From Dipteris shenzhenensis (lineage: Eukaryota), in the NCBI GenBank assembly GCA_047967505.1, contig CM106538.1: a DNA stretch of 64,000 nt; one strand, written 5' to 3'. Shown here one piece after another: positions 1-11,080 of this stretch; position 1 is the stretch's first letter, and the number at the start of each line of letters is the position of its first letter. The notes under the pieces were generated by a model. That model made no database searches, had not been told where the DNA came from, and saw only the letters and a program-made list of their open reading frames with translations. The translations under genes and the position numbers were made by a program.

Positions 1-634
1 GCGAACCAATGGCCTCCTCTGTAAAACCATAGGAAAAATGGCCGCAGGGAACAGGAGCCAATGGGATCAGAAGGTCACTGAAGCCGTGTGGGCTTACAAC
101 ATCACTCATAAAACATCTACAGGTCACACCCCTTTTGAGTTGGTGTATGGTATTGAGGCAGTTTTACCACTAGAGATAGAGATTCTGGCCTTGAGATTGG
201 CACAGGAACAGAGGATGTCAGAAGATGAACATGTAGAGGCCAGATTGGTACAACTTGAGAAGTTAGATGAGACCCGACGCCTTGCACTACACCAAACAGA
301 GATCCAAAAGAATCGACAAAAGGCCCGATTGGATGCTAAGATTCGCAAGGGATGGGAAAGACACTTTACTGAGGGGGATGTTGTGCTATGCTTTGATAAC
401 AGATTGAACCACCAAATGGATAAGAAGTTTCTGCCACTGTGGGTTGGTCCATACAAAGTCATCAAAGAACGTAGCAATGGGTCTATACAAGTTCAGGAGC
501 TGCATGAACCATATGGCAAGAAGGTGATCAACAAGCGTTACCTCAAGCCTTTCTTTGTGCGTGATGGTCCCAGGCATGGAAATGCTGTGCATTCCCTGCC
601 TGGGGGGGGAACTGTTATGGATAAAATTGTCTAA
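1..634 (+). mobile_element. Ty3/Gypsy integrase C-terminal part (3' end of pol) with polypurine tract
   Basis: ORF 38-634 has AVWAYN..HKTSTGHTPFELVYG and the W.GPY motif; G-run PPT at 602-610 followed by TGTTATGG (LTR start 613). Confidence 0.9.
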
Positions 635-925
635 GGAAAAAAAGGCATTAATATGTGTGTGTGTTTGTATATGTGGCAATAGTATAATAAAATATGGTGT
701 GCATAGGGCCCAGGGTTGAGGTGGCAGGGCATGACCATGTGCCACCCTTCCATGTAAGAGGACCCATAAGGTGTGTTGTACATAATCCATGATAGTAATA
801 TTATAAAATGCAAGGTGGCATGGCTCCTCCATGTGCCACCCCTCCACCTAGGCTGCATTAAGTGAGATATGGCTCAAAGTCCATGGGAGAAGCAATATAA
901 AATAGGTGGAGATAGATATTATATT
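613..925 (+). repeat. 3' LTR of the Gypsy element (right end approximate)
   Basis: Starts TG directly after the PPT; ends where the minus-strand Copia gag is cut. Confidence 0.55.
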
Positions 926-2700
926 CTTTTGAATAAGCACATCCCTTATTTGTTCTTTCCACAAAGAAAAGTTTGTCCCATCAAACTTTTTAATGCTGAA
1001 AAACTCCTTTTCAGACATGGAAGAGGATGCCATGATGCAAATGAAACAAAATCTCAAATGCTAGTGCCTGCAAGAGAGAATCGCACCAAATACTAGGTGC
1101 ACCCAAATGTGTATGCCACAATAGAGTGAAATATCACCAAAACTCAAAGCTCAAAGCATCAAAAGATGCATCTGACTCATGTGCATATACTATGCATCCA
1201 TATGAGCAAATCTGGCCCAAAAGAAAATGCCAACTGCAATGGCAATCCAAAATGCCAATAAGTGCCAAATGACTCAAGCATAAACATCGTCCACGGGCAT
1301 ATGCATTAATATATATCATCCAAGAGAGCATAGCACTATCAGTGCATCACCTGCAATGTGTCAAAGCTGTCCCTCAGCATAAAATAGCATCCATGTGCAA
1401 AGCGTCCATAAAAAATAGCATCCCACAAGGCAATTTGGGCCTATCAGCGCATCCAATAAGGACCGTAATGCATCCAAATGGCCTATAAATCATCCACTGC
1501 AACCCAATGCACACCACAAATGAGCGTACACTGCTCAAACTACAACCAGAGTGATCTGCATAAGGTACGCTCAAGAAATCATAGTCCCACGGTAATGACC
1601 GCTATTGAAAATAGAACCTGAGATGCCTCAAAATATGGGCGCCATTGCATAATCAGAATCAGCAAGAAAATCTGCAAATATCTCTCTTCTACCAGAACTC
1701 CAAAATCCCAACCGATGAGTGAGAAATGGGAGTCAACACTTATCCACTGCCATGTGGCATAAATCTAAGGTTTCAAAACCTTAGAAGGAAAAATGCATAA
1801 CAAAGAGACGAAATCGAATACACAGAGATCTATAACTCTGAAAATCCTCCACTGAATCGCGCAAGAACTGATAGGTAGGGGTTTTTGGGCATCCGGAACA
1901 CAATGGGACAGAAGGTTTTCGAAACCGTGGTCTCAATCACTGGGTCCAACACACGGACTGAAAAACGTTTTTGGAAACAGAGCGGTTTGTAAACTTCACC
2001 GGAGTGCGAATGATGAGCAACATAGAAGTTTTAGGACCTCCTGAGTCCATCGGAACTGACAGATCTGCAAATGGTTGCTCCAAACTTGAGTTCCAACACC
2101 CGGGCAAAAAACGCAGGAACTGACACAGTGAGTCAGAAATCCAATGAAATGACCCCAGATTCAAGAATGAAGGTGTTTCCAAGCTCTTGAAGTGAAGTGG
2201 ACACCAAAAGCAAGCAATAGTTGCCTCTACAAGTCAATATGGAGTCTCTGTCGTCGAACGGAACAGGGAAAAGCTCAAAAAACGACTTTTTCTTTCAAAC
2301 CACTTAACAGGCTCTCAAAACCACTTCGCAAAGCCAAAGTGACTTTTCCAAGGTTCCTCCAAGGTCTCTGCACACTCGAATGCAAGTAAAGTCACCCACA
2401 AAGCTTCCCACAGAGCTTCTCCTTCCTCCCACAGAGCTGCTGAGCTTCAAGCATTCACGCACGCTCAGCTAGATCACCCGGGGTTTGATACCAGTTGAGA
2501 GTGCTCTCAACGGAAGCAAGAACGGAAGAAGGAGAGAGAGAGACAGAGAGACAGAGATCCACAAGTTTTGGTGGGTGCAAAACCACCCTAATCTTTTTTT
2601 CATTCATTTATATATGTGTTTGAGTATTGTACATAATCGGGGTAAAGGCACAGTGACCTTTAACCCCCACAGGTACGAGGGTTGAAGGCTATGGAAAATA
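925..2700 (-). mobile_element. Truncated Copia-like element: LTR, tRNA-Met PBS, long leader, gag N-terminus
   Basis: TGATACCA at ~2486-2493 (= TGGTATCA on minus); gag start MASSSMSEKEFFSIKKFDGTNFSLWKEQIRDVLIQK, a typical Copia gag N-terminus. Confidence 0.7.
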
Positions 2701-2852
2701 ATGATCCCAAGGATGATACAATGTCCAAATGGCAATGGAAGATGCATTTGCAATGAATGCAATGGAGAGACAATGCCAAGAAAAATGCCGCCTTGCTAAG
2801 CAGCTAGCCTCGAAGGTAGTAAATGCACCCATTCACGGAGTGATATCAAAAT

Positions 2853-3098
2853 CTCGAGGGGGTCACTCATCATATGTAACCCTATCACGTGAGTTCAACA
2901 GAAGGACATTTTTAGTATCTAAATTATACAAAAGTTAATTTACATAAGGGAGTATTTAAAACAATTTTGGAAAAAATTTACAGATTTGTATAGAAAAAGG
3001 GTACATTTTATTAATGAAAAATTTACAGATAAGGGATTTTAGAAATAGGCCTTGAACGCACGTGATATAGAGGGTTTATACATAGTGACCCCCCTGAG
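2853..3098. mobile_element. Foldback/MITE-like element family A, copy 1
   Basis: ~45-bp imperfect inverted ends CTCGAGGGGGTCAC..ATCACGTGAGTTCAA / TTGAACGCACGTGAT..GTGACCCCCCTGAG; related copies at 4103 and 33642. Confidence 0.75.
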
Positions 3099-3272
3099 AT
3101 CAAAATAAAGAATAGGTTAAGAACATGAGATGTGGTTTCGCGGTAGCAACATCTTATCATTTGGGGGACTAACAGGATCATATCCTGAAAAGCTTTACCT
3201 TTCACGCCCAAGAGATCATACGCTCTAACTTGGGGGATGGCCTCAACAATGTCAAAGGGGGGCATAGCTTAG

Positions 3273-3566
3273 CATGGATGATCTTTTCATGTTAGTTTCA
3301 TTAAGAAACTAAACTCTTATATTGGTGTCAAAAGTTTGTATGCCCTAATAAAAATAAACGTTTAAAACATCGCCACGATTTGAAACTTTAATGCAAAAAA
3401 CTTAAAGTTTTGCCTAGATTTACATTTTTTACTTCAAGATTCAAAAGAAAATATATAAATGTGTATCACATTCTATCAATATTATGAAACTTAAAAAAAT
3501 GAGTCGATAACTTTCACCAACATTTTAAATTAATATAAAGACATAGCTTTGATAAAAACATCCATG
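3273..3566. mobile_element. AT-rich MITE-like element family B, copy 1
   Basis: CATGGATG..TTTT / AAAAACATCCATG ends; reverse-complement homolog at ~31035-31331. Confidence 0.6.
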
Positions 3567-4102
3567 TAGCATAGATCAACTAGATGGAAAGAGGAAGTGA
3601 GGAAGTCATCTCACTACAATAACATTGCTCTAGCATAATAACACAAGAGTTTCTCCAAACAAGAAGGATGTTTATAGGTTATGGAGGAGACACAGGAGCA
3701 CATCATTCACATGACTGACACAGTGCTAGTCAGTCATTGGACTTGCAAAAACTAGAAACTCATTTGATTGTTGAAAGCTTCAACATGAGTGCTCCTCCAT
3801 CTTTTTCCCAACCATAGCATGCATCTATGTCATTTCAGCACTTGCATACACAATTAGTGGAAGAAAATTCATCCTATAGAAAATCTCTTAAGATATGCAT
3901 ACCATGAATGTGCTTTCATTTGGAAAAATACTTATTCAAGATGTCACCCAATGAGTGTTCTATCTATTGTAAGTTTAGGAGGCTAGTGACTAAAAAAAGC
4001 TAGTTAGTATGTGCATCGTGAGTGCATCTTCAATTGACAATTATAGAACCCTATCCTTGATTCCTTGAATCTTTATTTAAACTTGAAATGGTTGCTATAG
4101 CA

Positions 4103-4366
4103 CTCAGGGGTGCACCTCTAAGAAACCCTATGTATCACGTGCGTTCAAGGGGAATTAAAAAAACCCCTCAACTAAAATTTCTTCACTAATAAAAGCACCC
4201 CTCTTTACTTATGATCTAATGGATTTTTATCTGAAGTTGAATTAAAAAACCCGTCTTGTTATTGTAATCCTATTAAATGTTTTTCAAAAGTTGAATTAAA
4301 ATAAACTTCCTTTTGAATGCATACACTACACTAAAATTTTCAAACGTGACCCCCCCCCCCCTCGAG
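4103..4366. mobile_element. Foldback/MITE-like element family A, copy 2 (opposite orientation to copy 1)
   Basis: CTCAGGGGTGCAC..ATCACGTGCGTTCAA ... TTGAATGCA..GTGACCCC..CTCGAG. Confidence 0.75.
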
Positions 4367-5939
4367 CTCCAGCAATTGAGGGAGAGATGATTTTAAGAGT
4401 AGGACTATGGCTCTTTAAAAGTGAAAGTGACATTGCCTCTTACCCTGTCTCTACCTTATATACCAAAAGTCTATAAATTTCTACTGGCTCTTTCCCATGG
4501 CCTCCACAGGAAGAGCATGAGAGAAAGCGAACAAAACTTTGAATTGATAAGTTTGCAGGGGCGTGCATCTTCCTATTGGTGTGCAGACCCACAATCGTTG
4601 GGGCTTGGGTGGGGAGTCTTGGTCATCCAATTGAAGGATGCCCCATTTTATGGATCGAATAATTTTCATGCACATTGAGGGCATGTCAACTACGCTAGGC
4701 CCTTTCTTGTGTGGTGGGTGGCACAAGTGCATAAACACCCTGAGTAGCTCACTTTCTGATATTTACTCATCTATAATACCTTATTTCTAAGGTTCCACGT
4801 GTCACTCATATGGCATGCAACGTGCCCCCTCCTCGTAGCCTCTCCTACGGTGCCTTGCCTAGCAAGTCTCCCTTAGTGCCTTTCCAACGTCTTGCTTCTG
4901 TTTCAAAAACATATCTCTTTTTCTCATACGGTCTTCCTCCCTCCTCGACTTTGCTTACCAGGAACATGAACATTTTGGCAACTTCTGATGCTTTCCTCCT
5001 CCAACTTGCTCTGACCATGTCTTCTCCCCCTCTTCGCATCACCCCTTGGTCCACTTACAACCTCATCCAGGTCGCTACTGATCATTGCTACACTTCCTAT
5101 TCTCCAATCTCATCTGTCTTCCAATCGATGGCACTCCACTTTGAGAGACTACTAGCAACGACAACCTGAGTTGTGCAAAGAGCTTTCCATGGGCCTTTTG
5201 CATCTACTTGGGGAATATTAATGGCGTACTGGTAGTTTGTGGGGCTGAAGTTGCAACACAAGGAGATCCATTGGCCGCACCCTGTTGCTTTGATTGAGCA
5301 AGTTGAGAAGGTCCGTGAGGAAGACATGAATTGTTTTGTCAAGAAGAGAAGAACCAAAGAGGAGGAACAAAAGCTCAGGCATAGATGATATGCAGGGAGA
5401 ACTGTAGAAGTGAATATAGGTACGAGCCATGCCTTGGTTGCCATGGCTAAACTACAATTTCTCTCAAAAGCGAAGATTCAAAAGAAGGACAAACAAAGCT
5501 TTCTTACTCAAGAGAATGAAACATGACTCTATGACGATGAAGTAGCCCTACTACAATGGCTTCTATATCTTCATTGGCTTTCCCTTCTGTAGTTTATAAC
5601 TGCAAAATATACAACCTCTTTAAGCTGTAGGATAGGTTAACGCTTCACAATATGCATGTTGTAGCTTTGATGACGAAGATGTTTTCCCGATCAATCTCTT
5701 TCACATCACAAGCTGTAGAAGATAACTATGTCTTGAATGAAGATGTTGGAAGCTGCCACTTTTTCTCTACATTTATTGATTCTCAAGGAGCAAAGAAAAA
5801 GATTGACTGATGCAAGTATAGTGGGGTGTAGGTCTCATGGGCATTAGGTGGCATGTGAAAAGCCCCATTTTCAGGGATTATAAGAGTGTCTCGAACTTCA
5901 GAGATGAATCTACAAACAAATCCAAGCAGCAAATGAACC

Positions 5940-6410
5940 AAGACCAAAGCATACAACCATCTCAGTTTTGGAAATTCATAGAGAACTTGAAGATTGTCGA
6001 TGACTTTGTTGTAGCTAAGATTGAGATAATGCAAAGATGTCCTATTTGTCAAAGGTGTTAGGCATTGCCCATAAATTTGTTGGTTGACAAGGAAACCCAT
6101 GCTGTACTATTCAACATGTTGAGCTAAGATGGGATGTTGCCAGAGAGATGATGCATGGATAGATCAATATATTGTAGAGCTAAGTAACTAGACAAGGTAG
6201 TTCTGACATCACCCATTAAATTATTTCTATCAAGAGCAAGCCACCATAATTTGTGCATCATACCCCTATGGAATGGCTTTGGAGAGTTGATTCAAGTTGA
6301 GATGAAGCTGTGCTAGGGCCAAGCAGTTTCCCAAGGCCATAGATTTATCCCCCATTAGTGTATTACTCTAGAGATAGAACCCTTAGAGTCCATAGAGCTT
6401 GGGTTGGAGG
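5940..6410 (-). pseudogene. Plant extracellular-LRR (RLK/RLP-like) gene fragment
   Basis: Minus-strand translation across stops and frameshifts: LGNCLALAQLHLNLNQLSKAIP*, KLWWLALDRNNLMGDV, LQYIDLSMHHLSGNIPS*, LTNRTSLHYLNLSYNKV; fits LxxLxLxxNxLSGxIP. Confidence 0.75.
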
Positions 6411-6499
6411 TTGTTCAAAAGCGTTTTGCATCATTCATCATACTAAGATTTTGTTTTCATCGGTTCATTATCTACTAAAACATAGCAAGAATGCACCCA

Positions 6500-6501
<2 letters not shown>

Positions 6502-6553
<52 letters not shown>
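6502..6553. repeat. (AG)n microsatellite
   Basis: Direct reading. Confidence 0.95.
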
Positions 6554-6555
<2 letters not shown>

Positions 6556-6870
6556 TGTGTAATGCTATGAAGAACTTTTTACCCAACTAGAAGCACTGAC
6601 AAGACTTAAACATAGATCCAACTTTAAAATTCACTAAGAAGCATTTCGATATTGAGATTTATAAATAAAATCTCAAATTGCATTCCTTGAAATTAACGAG
6701 AGCCTAGAATCCCAACTTTGACCCGTCTATGACAGGTCATGCTACTCGTAGAGTGCAATGGGGAGAGAGAGAGAGAGAGAGACTCTTCCATTGGTGTGCC
6801 ATCTAAAAGCAATGCTAAAGCTCTCTCCCCACCTCCTCTACTCCCTTAAAGTGTTATCCGAATCTCTTCC

Positions 6871-9678
6871 ATGGATGACTTCCATCAAGTGCTATCCCTC
6901 CTCCAATCACTTCCATCAAGTGCTCCTCCTCCTCCATCAAGTGTAATCCCATACAAGCAACTCGCAGATAGATCACGTATTGAGCGCTTATGGAAGGATT
7001 ACTTCACCGATCCCTCCCAGTGGTTCGACAATCGAAACACCAAAGTACGCTTACTACCAGCTGAACTCAATCCTTTATAGCTGTAGATTGAATTCTGACG
7101 CCTTTGCTGTCAATTGTAGCAGACACACCCAAGGGCCCCAGATTTCAAGCAGAAACTCACCAACGAGTCGCTCTGGATAAACGGCTGGTACAATCCCAGT
7201 TGGGTTAAAGACACGCTCCTGAAAATGGAGATTGCAAACAACGCCATGCATAGCCCCCTAGCACAGCTGCTAGAGCTTAGCTTAGAGGAGGCACTCGCTT
7301 CTTTGGAACGCATGCCCCATCCGGCTTCGGTTGAAAACTTGACATACATCTTGCGCAAGTGCAGAAAACACAAAAATCCACCGTATGCCCTGCGCTTGCA
7401 TGCCTACCTGCGCAAAAGTGGGCTGGAATCTCATGAGACACTGGGGAACTACGTCGTCCCAATGTTGGCGGAAGTTGGAAGCATGTGTGATGCCCAGCAG
7501 GTCTTTGATAGGTTGGTTAATCGGAATGAGTATTCCTGGACTTCTCTCATCACAGGTTATATCGAATGTGGGGAGTTACAGCATGCGTTCGTACTGCACC
7601 AAAAAATGCAGGAGGATTGTGTAGATCCTAGTGGGCATACGTTCGTGGCCTTACTAAAGGCTTGTGCCAGGCTGAAAGATAAAGAAAGAGGCCGAGAAAT
7701 ACATGCTGAGATTATGAGAATGGGGTTGTTGGAAAGAAATCCTTTTGTCGGTAGCGCTTTGGTTGATACGTATGCCAAGTGTGGCTTGCTTGCAAAAGCA
7801 CAGGACGTGTTTGACAAACTTCCAGTTCGAGATGCAGTCTCATGGACTGCACTTATCGCAGGGTATGCTGAACATGACCTTGGTCAGGACGCACTCAACT
7901 CTTTCGAGCAGATGCAATTGGAGGGCTTCTCTCCTGATGTGGTTACATTTATTTGCAGCTTGAAAGCTTGTGGCAGCATAGGAGCCATAGACAAGGGCTG
8001 AGAAATACATGCTGAGATTGCAAGAAAGGGGTTGTTGGAAAGAGATCCTTTTGTTGGTAGCACCTTGGTTGATATGTATGCCAAATGTGGGTTGCTTGCA
8101 ACAGCACAGGAATTGTTTGACAAACTTCCAGTTCGAGATGCTGTCTCATGGACTGCACTTATTGCAGGGTATGCTGAGCATGACCTTGGTCAGGATGCAC
8201 TGAACTGTTTTGAACAGATGCAATGGGAGGGCGTCACACCTGATGCAGTCACATTTGTTTGCAGCTTGAAAGCTTGTGGCAGGATAGGAGCCATAGACAA
8301 GGGCCGAGAAATACATGCTGAGATTGTGAGAAAGGGGTTGTTTGAAGGACATCCTTTGGTTGGTAACACCTTGGTTGATATGTATGCCAAGTGTGGCTTG
8401 CTTGCAAATGCACAGGAAGTGTTCGACAAACTTTCAGTTCGAGATGCAGTCTCCTGGAATGCACTTATCACAGGGTATGCTGAACATGACCTTGGTCAGG
8501 ACGCTCTGAACTGTTTCGAACAGATGCAGTTGGAGGGCGTCTCGCCAAGTGCGGTCACATTTGTTTGCAGCTTGAAAGCTTGTGGCAGCATAGGAGCCAT
8601 AGACAAGGGCCGAGAAATACATGCTCAGATTGCAGGAAACGGGTTGTTGGAAATAGATCCTATTGTTGGTAGCACCTTGGTTGATATGTATTCCAAGTGT
8701 GGCTTGCTTGTAAAAGCACAGGAAGTGTTCGACAATCTTCCAGTTCGAGATGCAGTCTCATCGACTGCACTTATTGCAGGGTACGCCCAGCTAGGAGAGA
8801 GTGAAAAGGTCTTTCTTATGCTTGACAGAATGAGAGCAGAAGACATAAAACCAGATGGGATGACATTCCTCAGCATTCTAACTGTATGCAGTCACACAGG
8901 TCTAGTAGAGAAGGGCCAGACATACTTTGAGTCCATGAGCAAAGACTATGGCATCACTCCAACTATTGAGCACCACACTTGCATGGTTGATCTCCTCGGC
9001 CGTGCAGGCCAATTAGATAAGGCAGTAGTGATGATAAAGAGGATGCCGCTGGATCCTAATCTCATGTTGTGGCATACTCTGTTGAGTGCTTGTCGGAAGT
9101 GGGGGAATGTGGAGCTTGGAAGGTGGGCCTTTGAACATGCAGTGGAGTTGGATAAAAAGGATGCTTCAGCTTATGTCTTGATGGCTAACATCTATGCAGA
9201 TGCTCACATGCAGGAGGATGCTAAGCAGGTTGAGTTAATGAGATTAAAAGAACAAGCACGGAAGAAGCCAGGACAGTGTTGGACTAATGTTGGCGGAATT
9301 GTGCATTTGTTTTTGGTAGGGGATACAGGACATTCCCAAAGCAAGTATATATATGCAAAGCTAGAAGAGCTTTCTTTCAAAATAAGGGAAGAAGGATATG
9401 TATTACCAGATTTGCATTGGCTGCCCCAGGACATATCTGATAATCTAAACGAATTTGAGCTATGTGGGCACAATGAGAAATTGGCAATCGCTTGTGCCCT
9501 GATTAATACACCCAAGGGGGTACCCATACATGTTGTAAAAAATCTTCATGTTTGCCGAGCCTGTCATTCGGCTACAGCAATTATATCCAAAGTAGAGCAG
9601 CGGACTATTCTTGTCAGAGATGCTAACCGCTTTCATGTTTTCAAGAACGGAAAGTGTTCTTGTGGGGACTATTCGTAA
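6871..9678 (+). pseudogene. PPR paralog 1: PDF motif + PLS-class PPR (L-S, 4x P-L-S, P2-L2-S2) + E1/E2 + DYW; one in-frame TGA at 7999-8001
   Basis: Exon 6871-7044, intron 7045-7119/7122, then continuous frame to 9678 except CGA->TGA; KKPG box at 9262, HxE 9469-9477, CxxC, ends CSCGDYS. Confidence 0.9.
7045..7119 (+). other. Phase-0 GT-AG intron inside the PDF motif (NAGNAG acceptor 7119/7122)
   Basis: AAA|GTACGC donor, CTGAC branch-like motif ~7095, TGTAG|CAG acceptor; removal skips the in-frame TAG at 7078; same intron in paralog 2. Confidence 0.8.
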
Positions 9679-9961
9679 TACTAGTGCAACTATGGTAGAG
9701 AGAGAGAGAGAGAGAGAGGATATGATAGACCTCCTGCAGCCCTTGTATGCTATTCATTCATTGCAGGGGTCATAGATTTGTATGGAGATGCATGAGCCTA
9801 CCATATAAAGAATAAATTAACAGCAAATACTAACACAGTGATGGACTTCTTGTTTTTGGTGCACGTAATAGATGATATATATGCTTATACGTACATATAA
9901 ATTACTTGTCATGTTGTAGAGTGTGTAGTCTAGCTTGTTTCGTAGTGTGTGTACGAACACA

Positions 9962-10466
9962 CAGACATTTTTCCATCTGGACAGTTACTCGCACACAGAC
10001 ATATTGCTTCAGCTGTTTGTCACAGATGCTCGCACTCTACTGAATCAGTGCTCCACATCTTTTGGTCCTGTCCAACTACTTCTGATCTCATTGCTCTCAT
10101 CAGACAGAGGCTTCGACAGCGATTTCCTACTGTTACTTTTGGCAGATTTTTCTGGCTGTTTGGATTTCATCCCCAGAGACAGGGTTTTGATTTATTTTTT
10201 GTATGGGTGCGATATTGGACCCTATGGACTTTATGGATGGATAGAAATCATAGAGTCTTTGGTGATCCATTATTTTCATCCTTCCTTTTTTTCAAACGAT
10301 CTCTGCAACAATCATTCTACGATTGTTTTCAGACTCGTTTGATTGATCAGGATGTGTATACGGCCTATACTGAGATCTTTTCTTGAGTAGTAGCTACTTC
10401 GCTTTTCGAAGCAGCTATGATTGTAATTATTCCATAGCAATAAAGATTTCTTCTCACAAAAAAAAA
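9962..10466 (+). mobile_element. 5'-truncated LINE (L1-like) with zinc finger, AATAAA, poly(A) and 15-bp TSD
   Basis: CHRC..ESVLHIFWSCP (zf-RVT-like); AATAAA 10439; A-run to 10466; GTGTGTACGAACACA at 9947-9961 and 10467-10481. Confidence 0.9.
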
Positions 10467-10519
10467 GTGTGTACGAACACAATCCAATTCCTTTCACATG
10501 TGTTAGACGTGAAGTCTTG

Positions 10520-11080
10520 TGAAAGGAAACAGTGAGAATAAGTGTGCATACTCAAGGGCAATTCAGAGAAGAATGGGTTCAGTTGCTAATAGAATTTAAA
10601 GAGATTTTTTCTTGGGAGTACATAGACATATGAGCAGAGTAGACCAAAGTTATGTTCACAAAATTAATTTGAAGAAGGATGCAAACTCAGTAGCTCAACT
10701 AAGGTATCAGATGAACCCAAACTTTGCCAAATAGATGAAGCAAGAGATTGACAAGTTGTTGAAAGTGAGATTCATCTATCAATTGGAAAAGGTGACATGG
10801 CTCTCACCTATTGTGATAGTTTCAAAAAAGAATGGCAAATTGTGCATTTGCGTAGACTATAGAAAGTTACATGTAGCCACCATTAGTAACCCATGTCCCT
10901 TGCCGTTATGGAACACCATGTTAGATGCCATTGTGGGGCATGAGATGTATATCTTTCTTGATCGGTTTAGTGGCTACAACCTGATATAGATGGCTGAGGC
11001 ATTATGATGGTGTTCCTAGAGGATTTTTGTGCATTTGGAAAGAGAAGCGAGGATGTGCAATAGCAAAAAATTTGCCAAAG
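10520..11080 (+). mobile_element. Degenerate Gypsy reverse transcriptase fragment
   Basis: WLSPIVIVSKKNGKLCICVDYRKL...FLDRFSGYN. Confidence 0.85.

Noticed and set aside
7999-8001. U-to-C RNA editing repairing the TGA, as in fern organelles
   Set aside because: The locus is nuclear (spliceosomal intron, LTR context); reverse editing is established only for organellar transcripts, and CpG decay is simpler
7700-8780. CRISPR-like or satellite array
   Set aside because: Repeats are contiguous coding PPR triplets without unique spacers; eukaryotic context
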